Assembly: GCA_021108005.1 (NCBI GenBank) | Contig: JAIORS010000154.1 | Location: forward strand, 7,643-71,642 | DNA: 64,000 nucleotides | Direction: 5' to 3' | From: Candidatus Aegiribacteria sp. | GTDB lineage: Bacteria; Fermentibacterota; Fermentibacteria; Fermentibacterales; JCC-6 | Shown: positions 19,286 to 29,704 of the stretch, piece by piece | Position numbering within the stretch: position 1 is the first letter of the stretch | Layout of the letters: each line of letters opens with the position of its first letter | Program-made: the position numbers and the translations under genes | Notes under the pieces: generated by a model | The model's database searches: none | The model's input: the letters and a program-made list of their open reading frames with translations, nothing else | What the model was told of the DNA's origin: nothing

Positions 19286-21625
19286 TCAGCTGTCCTCGAT
19301 AATCTCGAGATTCTCAAGGTAATACTCCAGCTTATCGATACCTTCCTCGATTTTCCTTTTACTCTGTGATTTTCCAGCTTTTTCGAGGAAGGCTCCTATC
19401 AGTGTGATTCCATCGAACCCGTAGCCTGATCCAGAGCCTTTCATACTGTGACCGCATCTCTCGATATCTCTGTACTCACGCTTTTTAAGGAGATTGCGCA
19501 GTTTCACGATATCTTCCCTTCGATGACTGATATAGCCTGGAATCAATTCCATGAGTTCCGGGTCAACGATGACTTTTATTCCTTCTCCCGCTCGTTCAGG
19601 TAATTCAGCCGGGTCATCGTTTCTATCGTCAATGTTCTCAACCTCACCGGTTAGTTCTCCTATAAGTCTGATAAGAGCAACCTTGCTGACAGGTTTCGCA
19701 AGGTGAACATCACATCCGGCATCAAGACATCTCTTAATCTCAGTGTTTATAGAATGTGCGGTAAGGGCAACAATTGGTGTATGCTCAAGCTTATTCTCGC
19801 GTTCAATCTTCCGGATTCTCTCTGTTGCGCTGTATCCATCCATTATGGGCATCTGCATATCCATCAGAATAATATCCCAGTATTCCTGGAGATATTTCTC
19901 AACCGCTTCGCTTCCGTTCACAGCTTCGACTACAAGGCAGGGCTCTTTTCTGAGGAAGGCCTTAACCAGGAATCGGTTATCAGGTGAATCATCTACAAGC
20001 AGTATTCTAAGGTTTCTGAGGCTTTCCTTCGAAATCTCATACTGCTCCTTTGAAGCAGTTTTTGATTTCTTTTCATCAGTTGATTCACGATGAACACCAA
20101 ACTCAGATGTAAAAGAGAATTTACTGCCCTGGTCAATCTGACTGTCGACTGTAATTGTTCCGTTCATAAGGCGTACCAGTTTTTTTGATATTGTCAGTCC
20201 AAGTCCCGTGCCGCCGAATTTTCTGGTTACCGAAGGATCAGCCTGGGCGAAACTGCTGAAAATACTCTCAAGTTTTGCGGGCGGGATTCCGATTCCTGTG
20301 TCAACAACTGAGAAACTAATAAGGACTTTCCCATCTGATATTCCGCTGTTTTCAATGAAGACTTTAATACTGCCGGATTCTGTAAACTTGATAGCGTTTC
20401 CTACCAGGTTGATAATTATCTGCATTAACCTGTTTGGATCACCCTCAAGGTATTCAGGTACATCGTTTCTGAACTCGCACGAAAGTAGAAGTTCCTTTTT
20501 CTCAGCCCGCAGTATAAAAGTATCTATCACCTTACGGAAAGTATCTCTGATATTGAAAGGGATGGTTTCCAGAATGACCTTTCCAGCTTCGATCCTTGAA
20601 ATGTCAAGTATATCGTTTACAAGTGCAAGAAGGCTCTTTCCTGAGGATCGCATGAGTTCAAGATACTTTTTCTGTTCATCGTTCAGTTCCGTATCAGCCA
20701 TGAGATCGGTGGTCCCTATTATTGAATTAAGAGGTGTGCGGATTTCATGGCTCATGTTCGCCAGAAATTCGGATTTCGTGCGTGATGCGTTCTCTGCGGC
20801 TTCACTGGTTTCAATGATCCTGTTTTCCGCATTTCTTCTTTCTGTAATATCCCGTATTATGCCTATCGCATGCCATTTACTATTCAGTTTAGTTGAGGAT
20901 ACTGATAGTTCAACCGGAAATATGTTGCCGTTCTTACGTTGGGCTTCTATTTCAAGTGTACGCCCCACCACGATTCCTTCACCTGTGTTTTTGAAATTTT
21001 CAAACCCCTTTCCGAAAGAATCGAGGTATTGTTCGGGAGCTATCATTTCGTGAAGGTTCCTCCCCATCATTTCATCTACTTTATAGCCAAACATTCTGCA
21101 GGCTGCCGAGTTCACAAACGAAATACTTTTTTCATCGTTCATCATGATGATTGCGTCCTGGATTGATTCCGTGATTACTCTGAATTTCTCTTCGCCGAAC
21201 AAACTGGAGTCTATCTTGTTTGCATGATCTATATACTGATCAGTGTGCGTTTCCACACGTATTTCCTCTTCAGCCGTTTCCGGTAGCCTGATGAAGGAAT
21301 GGATGAGGCCTTTATGTTTTCCAATAAAACACTCAGACGTTGAAATAATAACGGGGATTGTCCGGCCCCTGTATATTTTAAGGCTGCCGTGAACGGCTTC
21401 ATCTGAAGGCAGAAGAGGTTTATTATCGGCCGATTTGAGGAAAAAACCGCAGAGTTTTCCGATCACAGCGGTTGCAGGCATTTCCAACATTTTCAAAGCT
21501 GCATTGTTGGCCTCAACGATTCCGGCGGAGGCAGAATCGGAAACAAATACACCTGCGCCCTGAGAATCAAAGAAAGTTTCACCCATTGTTGTCGCAGTAC
21601 GCTCAATACCGCTTGAATCTGACAT
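19286..21625 (-). CDS. Hybrid sensor histidine kinase (PAS-PAS-HisKA-HATPase-REC-HPt)
   Basis: FLANMSHEIRTP, NLVGNAIKFT, DTGIGI, GGTGLGL, LMDMQMP receiver, GHSMKGS HPt. Confidence 0.95.
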   Translation of the reverse strand: MSDSSGIERTATTMGETFFDSQGAGVFVSDSASAGIVEANNAALKMLEMPATAVIGKLCGFFLKSADNKPLLPSDEAVHGSLKIYRGRTIPVIISTSECFIGKHKGLIHSFIRLPETAEEEIRVETHTDQYIDHANKIDSSLFGEEKFRVITESIQDAIIMMNDEKSISFVNSAACRMFGYKVDEMMGRNLHEMIAPEQYLDSFGKGFENFKNTGEGIVVGRTLEIEAQRKNGNIFPVELSVSSTKLNSKWHAIGIIRDITERRNAENRIIETSEAAENASRTKSEFLANMSHEIRTPLNSIIGTTDLMADTELNDEQKKYLELMRSSGKSLLALVNDILDISRIEAGKVILETIPFNIRDTFRKVIDTFILRAEKKELLLSCEFRNDVPEYLEGDPNRLMQIIINLVGNAIKFTESGSIKVFIENSGISDGKVLISFSVVDTGIGIPPAKLESIFSSFAQADPSVTRKFGGTGLGLTISKKLVRLMNGTITVDSQIDQGSKFSFTSEFGVHRESTDEKKSKTASKEQYEISKESLRNLRILLVDDSPDNRFLVKAFLRKEPCLVVEAVNGSEAVEKYLQEYWDIILMDMQMPIMDGYSATERIRKIERENKLEHTPIVALTAHSINTEIKRCLDAGCDVHLAKPVSKVALIRLIGELTGEVENIDDRNDDPAELPERAGEGIKVIVDPELMELIPGYISHRREDIVKLRNLLKKREYRDIERCGHSMKGSGSGYGFDGITLIGAFLEKAGKSQSKRKIEEGIDKLEYYLENLEIIEDS

Positions 21626-21797
21626 ATGAAACTCCTTCGTATTCTACCTGTAGAATTATCAATGTATAGAATCTATTGTAAAAAGGGATGAATATGCAAC
21701 AATGGTTTATTAGCCCGAATTTCAGCGTGAGTCTTATTGTTGTTTTCCTACGTATACCATATGTTACTATTAAGAATTTTAATGAAATGAAGGTATT

Positions 21798-22166
21798 ATG
21801 GCACTAATAATGATAGTTGATGATGATCCTATGATAAGGGAAATGCTTACACAGGCATTCAAAAACGAAAATTACGATGTAATTGACGCCCCTGATGGCA
21901 AAACCGCGCTTAATAAATTCAGCACTGAAAATGTTGACGTTGTAATCACGGATATCATCATGCCGGATATGGAAGGTATTGAAACCATACGCGAGCTCCG
22001 GAAAATAAAACCTGACGCAAAGATAATTGCATTCTCAGGAGGCGGTTCTATCTCACCTGAAGGTTATCTTAAAATAGCGTCTTCAATGGGAGCGCAGTAC
22101 ACTTTTCAGAAACCGATATCCATCAAAGAACTCAGTGAAGCCGTAAAAGATCTTCTGGATTCATGA
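21798..22166 (+). CDS. Single-domain response regulator
   Basis: IVDDD, TDIIMPDMEG, KP; divergent from the hybrid kinase. Confidence 0.92.
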   Translation: MALIMIVDDDPMIREMLTQAFKNENYDVIDAPDGKTALNKFSTENVDVVITDIIMPDMEGIETIRELRKIKPDAKIIAFSGGGSISPEGYLKIASSMGAQYTFQKPISIKELSEAVKDLLDS

Positions 22167-22194
22167 AAGTGAAGAGAACGATAATATTTAATAG

Positions 22195-22959
22195 ATGATG
22201 AAAAAAAGACACAAAAACAAGTATCTGAAGTTTCTTGGTCTCGTGCTTCCATTTATCCTCCCAGCCGGCGTTTTTGTGTTATGGTTTTCTTCACAATGCG
22301 ACGGACAGGAACAGAATCAACTTCACATTGTTGCCTCAATGAATCTTGAAGGCGGCAGAACCACAACATTTTCAACAATCCGGAGCGATGGCAACGAGGC
22401 AGTATGGGAATGCTCAAAGGGAACGTTCATAGAAACCGGTGATATTACTGCTGATGGAAGAAGTGTTACATGGCAGCCTACACCGGGTCTTGAGGATTCC
22501 GTCTCAATAATTATCACTACTCCCACTGTTTCAGACACGATCAGATTTCTCCCTGTAATTCCTGATGTTGTTCCATCCGTGACTGTTTCCGCTGCTTACC
22601 ATCTTGCAATACTTGAACGAGCCAGAAGCATTCAGATGGCTCCCGGTATATACCGGGCAATATCAAGAGGAGATGCTCTGAGAGGTTACGATGGCCTTGT
22701 AATTCTCATAGTAACTTCAATGGGAAAATACCGCGAAGCCTACGGTATGCTTCCGGGCGATACACTCATGCTTACCCTTCCGCTTGGCGGGAGAATACAG
22801 GCTACAGGTCTTGATAATATGGAAGACGCCATGAACAACGAAGGCAATATCCAGATAGTTTTCGAGATACTTGAAGAAACGCCAGATACAACACCTGCAG
22901 AAGAAGATACATCACCGGAACCTGTGCCGGAAACCTCTTCTTCTGGAGAGGAACCATAA
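22195..22959 (+). CDS. Hypothetical membrane-anchored protein
   Basis: Basic N-terminus + TM helix, beta-rich body, acidic Pro/Thr-rich tail. Confidence 0.65.
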   Translation: MMKKRHKNKYLKFLGLVLPFILPAGVFVLWFSSQCDGQEQNQLHIVASMNLEGGRTTTFSTIRSDGNEAVWECSKGTFIETGDITADGRSVTWQPTPGLEDSVSIIITTPTVSDTIRFLPVIPDVVPSVTVSAAYHLAILERARSIQMAPGIYRAISRGDALRGYDGLVILIVTSMGKYREAYGMLPGDTLMLTLPLGGRIQATGLDNMEDAMNNEGNIQIVFEILEETPDTTPAEEDTSPEPVPETSSSGEEP

Positions 22960-24207
22960 AGTAATAAGGCAGACTGGCCAGAGCCAGAACATCCATTCAA
23001 GAAACACTATCCTGCCGGATTTCAGAATCTCAAGAATTGCGAGCCAGGTGAATACGATCCATTCAGTCAGTATCGATGCGGCCGAAATAAATGGAAACAG
23101 CAGTGTCAAAAATCCTGTAAGCATGGTTCCGAGCATGAACGGGACCGAGATTACCGTTGCAATGGGAGCTACAGGCCTAATACCGCCGTATGTGAATGAG
23201 ACAAGAGGAGCCAGCGCTACAGTCACAACGACTCCGGCATATGCGATAGACAGTATCCAGCCTGGCTTTCCCGCAAAATTCTTACCCAGAACTATAAGGC
23301 TTAATACCGCGCCAAATGACATCTGTGCACCAACATCGTTCAGAACACCTCCCGATGAGACGACAGTGAGAATCAGCACAGCAACCGACCAGACGAAGAG
23401 CAGATCAGGGGTTCTGCCCGATAAATGCAGAAGGACAAGTACAAGTAGAAGCATTACACCAGCCCTTACAGTAGATGCCCTTGCTCCCGAAACAAATACG
23501 TAGATGAAGGCTACCAGAATAACTGCGAGTATCGATAACCAGCCTTTTCCGAAAAGTTTGCGAAAAATCAGGAGCATTACAGTTGACAGAATTCCTACAT
23601 GAAGTCCCGAAAGAGCCAGAAGGTGTGATGTGCCGGTTTCACTGAAAACATTGCGAACAGATCGCGGAAGATACCCCCTCTCTCCCACAAGAAGAGCTGA
23701 AGCCAGTGAACTGGTTTCTTTTGATGGTATACTCTCGGTGAGACTGAATGAAGAAGCCTTCCTGATACGATCATGAAGTGAAGTTGAGGGAATAGATCGA
23801 AACGCGGAGCTTTCGAGGAACGCACCATCAATAGAACCGATTATCACTACCGAATCACCCCTGCTGACCGATCGGGCAAGCCCTCTGTCAGATGACCAGA
23901 CAGTATATCCCATTGGAGTAGTTAAGAGCGCCCCGGCGGTAGTAGTTGTTTCTACCCTGCAGCGCCACACACCGGATGTTGAATCTTTATATGAGGGTGG
24001 CTGTCTTTCATTATCGTCAAGGTATGAACCGGCAAGGACTGAGACGATACACAAAAGGATGATCCCGCATTTCCGGAAACCAAGGGCTGCCAAAGCCATT
24101 CCTGCGGGAATAGCCGCAAACCATATTTGAGAAGAGCAACGAAGTGGTGTATAATACCCTGCCAGAAACAAAGCAGTGAACAGGAAGAGCGTTTTGTTTA
24201 AAACCAT
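22912..24207 (-). CDS. comEC: ComEC/Rec2 family competence protein (no C-terminal metallo-beta-lactamase domain)
   Basis: GTSHLLALSGLHVG, ASTVRAGVM, GAQMSF, multiple TM helices. Confidence 0.85.
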   Translation of the reverse strand: MVLNKTLFLFTALFLAGYYTPLRCSSQIWFAAIPAGMALAALGFRKCGIILLCIVSVLAGSYLDDNERQPPSYKDSTSGVWRCRVETTTTAGALLTTPMGYTVWSSDRGLARSVSRGDSVVIIGSIDGAFLESSAFRSIPSTSLHDRIRKASSFSLTESIPSKETSSLASALLVGERGYLPRSVRNVFSETGTSHLLALSGLHVGILSTVMLLIFRKLFGKGWLSILAVILVAFIYVFVSGARASTVRAGVMLLLVLVLLHLSGRTPDLLFVWSVAVLILTVVSSGGVLNDVGAQMSFGAVLSLIVLGKNFAGKPGWILSIAYAGVVVTVALAPLVSFTYGGIRPVAPIATVISVPFMLGTMLTGFLTLLFPFISAASILTEWIVFTWLAILEILKSGRIVFLEWMFWLWPVCLITLWFLSRRRGFRHRFR

Positions 24208-24250
24208 TGTACCTACAGTTTACTCAGAATCTTTATGCAGTTCAAGTGGT

Positions 24251-24727
24251 ATGCCTTTATTCATACTGGACAACCTGCGCAGCGCTTTCAATGTGGGATC
24301 GGTTTTCAGAACTGTAGAAGCTGTTCTTCCTGCCGCAGTATTCCTGACCGGAATATGCTGCAGGCCGGGAAACCGAAAACTCAGTCATTCCTCGCGCGGA
24401 ACTCATGCAGTTGTTCCCTGGAGGTATTTCAATGAAGCCGCAGAAGCTGCTATATGGGCAAAAAACAGCGGAAGGATACTTGTGGCTGTAGAAAATTCAG
24501 AGGACGCTGTCCCAATCTGGGAAGCCAGTTTTGACCTTTCAAGCGCTTTCATGCTTGGTAACGAAGCGGATGGATTGAATCCTGAAATCGCTGAAATGGC
24601 TGATATCAGCGTCTATTTTCCACAGTCTGGAAGAAGGAAATGTATAAACGTATCGAGCACCGCAGCTATTGTCGCTTCAGAAATTCAGCGCAGGAAATGG
24701 CTTAAATTTGATGAAATAGCGGAATAA
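24251..24727 (+). CDS. TrmH/SpoU family RNA methyltransferase
   Basis: LDNLRSAFNVGSVFRT, GNEADG, CINVS. Confidence 0.9.
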   Translation: MPLFILDNLRSAFNVGSVFRTVEAVLPAAVFLTGICCRPGNRKLSHSSRGTHAVVPWRYFNEAAEAAIWAKNSGRILVAVENSEDAVPIWEASFDLSSAFMLGNEADGLNPEIAEMADISVYFPQSGRRKCINVSSTAAIVASEIQRRKWLKFDEIAE

Positions 24728-24758
24728 CCCGCATTTATCAGCCTGTTCTTCAATAACA

Positions 24759-26096
24759 CTATCTGATATATCCGATATCCCTGAGCTGGTGGTTTGCGGC
24801 TTCAGTGAAGGATACGCGCGGTGCTTCTGCGACAGGCGGTGTTGCCCAGTAGAACTCAGCAGCCTCTATCATCGCAGCGTCAGCGTCAGGAAGCGGGATC
24901 CGTTCACCGGGGTCCGATGAAAGGTTGTAGTACTCAACTCCGCTTCCATCGGAATTCCATATCACCTTTAAACTGTCTCTTCTTACCGAAGCCTGTTGTA
25001 TTTCACACCAGAGAAGGTTGCTGGCCGGAATATAGAACTCCGTATATTCTGAGTTCAGCAGGTCTCGTCCGGAAAGCCCGTCGGGAATCTCAAGATTCAG
25101 GTACGAAAGGATTGTCGGAAGAATATCAATATGTGCTGCGGGTGCATCTATAGCAGCACCTGCGGGAACACCGGGTCCGCTGATAATAAGTGGTACATGA
25201 GTAACCTCCTGATACAGGGTTCTGCCATGTTCGATTCCCGAGTGTTCCAGGAATTCCTCCCCATGATCGGCTACTACAATTACAAGGGTGCTGTCGGTAA
25301 GACCGTTGTTTCTCATTTCATTGAGAAGTCTGCCAATTTCCGCGTCTGTGAACGCAATTTCACCATCGTACAGGTCTATCAGATATTTCAACCCTTCATT
25401 TGTGATCTCAGCGCTGTCATTGTTTACTGAACGCATAATACTCAGCTGCTGTTCACCGCTGCGGAGAGCGTAATTGAATGGATCAGCGTACAGGGTATCG
25501 TAAGGAGATGGCGGGTCGTAAGGCATGTGAGGATCATAAAAATGCAGTACAGCGCAGAAACGAGATTCATTATCGAGTTCGTCCAGCCATTCCAGCGCGT
25601 CATCAACCGTCTGGTCAGCCCGTCTGCATCCGATGTCTTCCGTAACGCCCCGGCAGTCAAAATGATCGAATCCTCTGTGAAACCCAAAATCCTCATTTAG
25701 AAAAATTACATTGAAAATACCGCAGGTCTGCCAGCTCCTGGAGTGAAGAATAGACTGCACCGTGGGAATGGAAGATGACAGTCCGTACATTTGACCGTGA
25801 GAAGATCCAGCGCTGTGCTCTCTTGGAGAAAGACCGGTCAGCATCGATGCTACGGAAGGAAGCGTCCATGAACTCTGTGCCTGTGTTTCCATCCATGCGG
25901 TACCTGAGGTGGCCAGGCTGTCAAGTGTTGGGGTAACATCTCTTTCGTATCCCCAGTAACCAAGATGATCCGCTCTCAGTGTATCTATAATTATCAGAAG
26001 CACGTTCATTCCAGAAACCGTATCATCAACCTGTCTGCCGCACGTTGGCAGTGTAAGGATGACAACGGACAGTGAAACTGTTTTGATGAGACCCAT
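24759..26096 (-). CDS. Sulfatase-like / alkaline phosphatase superfamily lipoprotein
   Basis: IDTLRADHL, WTLPSVASMLTG, HFYDPH, YDGEIAFTD, ADHGEEF, HVPLII; lipobox-like Cys. Confidence 0.85.
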   Translation of the reverse strand: MGLIKTVSLSVVILTLPTCGRQVDDTVSGMNVLLIIIDTLRADHLGYWGYERDVTPTLDSLATSGTAWMETQAQSSWTLPSVASMLTGLSPREHSAGSSHGQMYGLSSSIPTVQSILHSRSWQTCGIFNVIFLNEDFGFHRGFDHFDCRGVTEDIGCRRADQTVDDALEWLDELDNESRFCAVLHFYDPHMPYDPPSPYDTLYADPFNYALRSGEQQLSIMRSVNNDSAEITNEGLKYLIDLYDGEIAFTDAEIGRLLNEMRNNGLTDSTLVIVVADHGEEFLEHSGIEHGRTLYQEVTHVPLIISGPGVPAGAAIDAPAAHIDILPTILSYLNLEIPDGLSGRDLLNSEYTEFYIPASNLLWCEIQQASVRRDSLKVIWNSDGSGVEYYNLSSDPGERIPLPDADAAMIEAAEFYWATPPVAEAPRVSFTEAANHQLRDIGYIR

Positions 26097-28792
26097 CAGT
26101 GTTGCGCCTCCATCCAGTTTCTGCCCCAGCCGGTATCAACGACCATAGGAATGCTCATTTCGAAGGCCGATTCCATCTCATCCCTGATTATTCCGGAAAT
26201 TTCAACGGCGTACCTTTCAGGCGCCGTTGCCACAAGCTCATCATGAACCTGGAGAACAAGTCCGGCATTTATTTGCGAATGACGCAAACTGCGGTCAACG
26301 TTAAGCATCGCTATTTTTATGATATCCGCAGCGGACCCCTGAACTGTTGTGTTAATCACCATTCGTTCCATCGAATTTCTTCTTGCTCCCTTTGCCGATT
26401 TAAAACCCTTGAACTCGCGTCTTCTCCCGAGAATCGTTCTTGTTTCATTGTGTTCCTCAGCATATTCAACGCATCTGCTGAAAAAGGTTTTCAGTTCAGG
26501 ATAGTTATCGAGGTATCTGTCAATGATACCCGCAGCTTCCCCTCTGCTGATGTTCAGCCTTTTACTCAGTCCCCAGGAGCTGATGCCGTAGAGTATTGAG
26601 AAATTCACTTCCTTGGCCTTTCTTCTGTGCTCGGGAGAGGCATCGCCAAAAAGGGCCTCGGCAGTGGAACTGTGGATATCCAGGTTCCGTTCGTACGCTC
26701 TTCTCAGGTTACCCGGACCGGCCAGATGCGCCAGAATGCGCAGTTCGATCTGGGAGTAGTCAGCCGTAATAAGAACATGACCGTCTTTCCCGGGTACGAA
26801 ACACTTTCTCACCTCGCGGCCCCTGCTGGTCCTCACGGGAATATTCTGAAGGTTAGGGCTGCTGGAACTCAATCTGCCGGTTGCTGTGACTGTCTGGCTG
26901 AAACTGGTGTGTATCATGCCGTCTTTCTCGCAGACGTATTCAGGCAGTTTTCTTATATAAGTGTTAAGCAGCTTGGATAGTTCCCTGTGTTCAATTACGG
27001 TTTCTACGAACCTGTGCTTTCCCCTGAGTCTTTCAAGAACTTCCATACTTGAGGAGTTGGCTCCGGTTCCGGTTTTTCCCGCAGGAGTAAGTCCGAGACT
27101 GTCAAAGAGTATTCTGGAAACCTGCGCCGGACTGTTTAGATTGATAGGAAAACCGGCGGTTTCCGCGGCTTTCGCTTCAAGTTCTCTGATAGAATCGGAG
27201 AATTCTATTTCCAGCAGATGGAGTGACTCGATATCAAGGCCGATTCCCCTTTTCTCCATATTCGAGATTACTTTAACCAGCGGAAGTTCGAGTGTATCAT
27301 ATATTTTAAGAAGTTTCTCATCCTTCTCGAGCTCTTTTCTCAACACACCGTTCAGATTCAGTGCAGCCGCTGAATCGCAGCAGCAGTACTCAGCGACTGT
27401 TTCCGTCTTCACATCGGCCAGAGTTGCTGCGTTCCCAAGAACGTCGCTGTAGTCGATCATATGCCTTCCCAGCCAGGTTATGGAAAGGTTGGAAAGTGAA
27501 TGTGACCTGAATTCGGGTCTGAGAAGATAATCCGCTATCATCGGGTCACCGCTCAACCCCCGTATTTCAAGGCCAATGGATTCAAGTATATGAATGTCGT
27601 ACTTCCCGTTCTGAGCCACAATCAGCCTGTTTATAAGAATGGTTCTCAGAATTGTTACAACCTTATCTATCGGAAGGGCATCGGGGCCGGAAAGGGGAAT
27701 GTAGAGTGCGCCGTCTTCCGATGTAGTCAGTGATATCCCGACAGGAATCGCCTGAAATGGAAATTTTGATGTGGTTTCTGTATCAAGCGCAAGAAGCTCA
27801 TTCTCTGAATGGTTAAGGCAATATTCTTCAAGTTCGTTCAAACTTTTAATGATGGTTGTCGAACACCATTCCGTTGGAGATGTATTTCCCCATCCGCTGA
27901 ATAGATCGGTTGCGGGACTGATACCCAGCTTTAAGAGAACGCTCTGCATTCCAAGTGAAGTGAGTAACTCGGAAGCAAGTTCGGCATCGGGAAGCTTCAT
28001 TGAAAGGTCATCAAGATAAATATCCATTTTCTGAGCAGGTTTAAGGGATATGAGCTTTCTGCTGAGAAGTACCGTTTTCCTGCTGTTTTTAAGCTTTCTC
28101 CGAACAGAATCAGGTAATACATCATCGATTGATCCGTAAATGCCGTCAATACTCTGGAATTCATCAAGCAGTTTAACGGCGGTTTTAGGGCCTATACCCT
28201 TTGCGCCGGGAATATTGTCGGAAGAATCGCCTGTCAGTGAAAGAAGATCCGCAACCTGGTCAGCTCTTACACCCATGATACTATTTACATCGTTCTTCCT
28301 GACAATGGTTTCAGGGCTGTTTCCCCTGCCAGGCCGGATAATCGTCACACCGTCATCAGCAAGCTGAAGAAGGTCTTTGTCGGATGACAGAATTTCAACC
28401 GTATCACCTCTTGAAACAGCCTCCTGTGTAAGCCATGCTATAATATCATCGGCCTCAAGTCCCTCCTTCTCAAGAAGAGGGATTCCCAATGCAGGTATAA
28501 GTCTTCTGGCATACTCAGACTGGCTTCTAAGCTCATCCGGCATAGACGGACGGTTAGCTTTGTATTCGGGATACATCTCCGTGCGGAAAGTTGGTGACGG
28601 GTGATCGAATACAGCGATAGTAATAGTATCCGGTGAACGGGATTCTCTGTGGTCAATTATCTCCCTTACAAGGTGAAACAGACCACTGGTATTAGTTCCA
28701 TCCAGAGCCCGCAGAGGATTCCGTAGCATCGCGAAATATCCTCTGTAGAGCAGCGCATGGCTGTCGATGAGAAAGTATTCTTTTTTAGTCAT
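26096..28792 (-). CDS. polA: DNA polymerase I
   Basis: 5'-3' exonuclease (YKANR, EADD, GDSSDNIPG), 3'-5' exonuclease (DTET, KYD), polymerase (PNLQNIP, DYSQIELR, KEVNFSILYG, QVHDEL). Confidence 0.98.
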   Translation of the reverse strand: MTKKEYFLIDSHALLYRGYFAMLRNPLRALDGTNTSGLFHLVREIIDHRESRSPDTITIAVFDHPSPTFRTEMYPEYKANRPSMPDELRSQSEYARRLIPALGIPLLEKEGLEADDIIAWLTQEAVSRGDTVEILSSDKDLLQLADDGVTIIRPGRGNSPETIVRKNDVNSIMGVRADQVADLLSLTGDSSDNIPGAKGIGPKTAVKLLDEFQSIDGIYGSIDDVLPDSVRRKLKNSRKTVLLSRKLISLKPAQKMDIYLDDLSMKLPDAELASELLTSLGMQSVLLKLGISPATDLFSGWGNTSPTEWCSTTIIKSLNELEEYCLNHSENELLALDTETTSKFPFQAIPVGISLTTSEDGALYIPLSGPDALPIDKVVTILRTILINRLIVAQNGKYDIHILESIGLEIRGLSGDPMIADYLLRPEFRSHSLSNLSITWLGRHMIDYSDVLGNAATLADVKTETVAEYCCCDSAAALNLNGVLRKELEKDEKLLKIYDTLELPLVKVISNMEKRGIGLDIESLHLLEIEFSDSIRELEAKAAETAGFPINLNSPAQVSRILFDSLGLTPAGKTGTGANSSSMEVLERLRGKHRFVETVIEHRELSKLLNTYIRKLPEYVCEKDGMIHTSFSQTVTATGRLSSSSPNLQNIPVRTSRGREVRKCFVPGKDGHVLITADYSQIELRILAHLAGPGNLRRAYERNLDIHSSTAEALFGDASPEHRRKAKEVNFSILYGISSWGLSKRLNISRGEAAGIIDRYLDNYPELKTFFSRCVEYAEEHNETRTILGRRREFKGFKSAKGARRNSMERMVINTTVQGSAADIIKIAMLNVDRSLRHSQINAGLVLQVHDELVATAPERYAVEISGIIRDEMESAFEMSIPMVVDTGWGRNWMEAQH

Positions 28793-29703
28793 ATGCGATC
28801 AGCCTTTTCCATTAGTTCCTCGCAGGCTGTAAGAACCACCTCAGAGGAAATATCGTTCAGACACTCAGGAATTCCATAGGGGCATCTGCGTTTGAAGCAT
28901 GGTGAACATGCCCTGTCAGACGTAACTGTTTCAGTGAAACGCCCCAATGGAGCTGTCCATACCGGAGAGCTTGAACCGAATACGGTAACTGTCGGAATTC
29001 CGATCGCGGCTGAGACATGCACGCCCCCGGAATCGTTTCCAACCGTGAGAACAGCGGAAAGCAGATGGGAGACCAGGTCCGGAAGAGCGAGATCGGTTCT
29101 GACGCAAGCACCGGGTACTTCGGAGGAAACCGCGCGTAGAACATCATCCTCCTCACTGGAACCGTAAAATACGGCCGGAAGGTCTGTGCTTTCGCATAGG
29201 TGTCGAGCAAGTTCCGGAAATCGGGACCATCTTTTTGCGCTTCCATACCTTGCACCCGCAAAGTAAGCAATATGCGGAGAACCTTCAGCTTCAACCGATG
29301 GCTTTGGAGTCACGGCATTTCCGGTCGCGCCGGTTTCCGATGCAAGAAACATGTAATCATCGGAATGGTGATGACGGCGATCTGAAGGGTGGCTGATTGC
29401 CTTTGTCAGAAGAAGGCTCCGCATGTCTGTTCCGTACCCGATTCGTTCAGGTATCCCTGACATAAAGCCCTGTAACGCTGATCTGAAGGAATCGGTCATA
29501 AGAAGAAGGTTTGTGAATCCAGCCCCCTTTATTCTATTATCTGTATACAATTTCAGTGAAGGAAAGAAAACGGGAATTAGTCCCGATACCCTTGAATGAC
29601 TCCATAAACTCATCTGTGGGTATTTTTTCTCGAGCAACGAGATCGAAGGAAGTGACATGACCAGATCACCTAGCCAGTTGGGAGTTCTGACTACCAGATT
29701 CAA
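28789..29703 (-). CDS. waaF: GT9 glycosyltransferase (WaaF-like heptosyltransferase)
   Basis: PNWLGDLVM, AKRW, NDSGGVHVSAA, C-terminal CSPCFKRRCP; TTG start. Confidence 0.85.
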   Translation of the reverse strand: MNLVVRTPNWLGDLVMSLPSISLLEKKYPQMSLWSHSRVSGLIPVFFPSLKLYTDNRIKGAGFTNLLLMTDSFRSALQGFMSGIPERIGYGTDMRSLLLTKAISHPSDRRHHHSDDYMFLASETGATGNAVTPKPSVEAEGSPHIAYFAGARYGSAKRWSRFPELARHLCESTDLPAVFYGSSEEDDVLRAVSSEVPGACVRTDLALPDLVSHLLSAVLTVGNDSGGVHVSAAIGIPTVTVFGSSSPVWTAPLGRFTETVTSDRACSPCFKRRCPYGIPECLNDISSEVVLTACEELMEKADRI

Positions 29704-29704
29704 T

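Noticed and set aside
19283-19288. gmhB and hybrid kinase stops abut (TGA|TCA) with no intergenic space
   Set aside because: Tight convergent packing is common in compact genomes; no further signal
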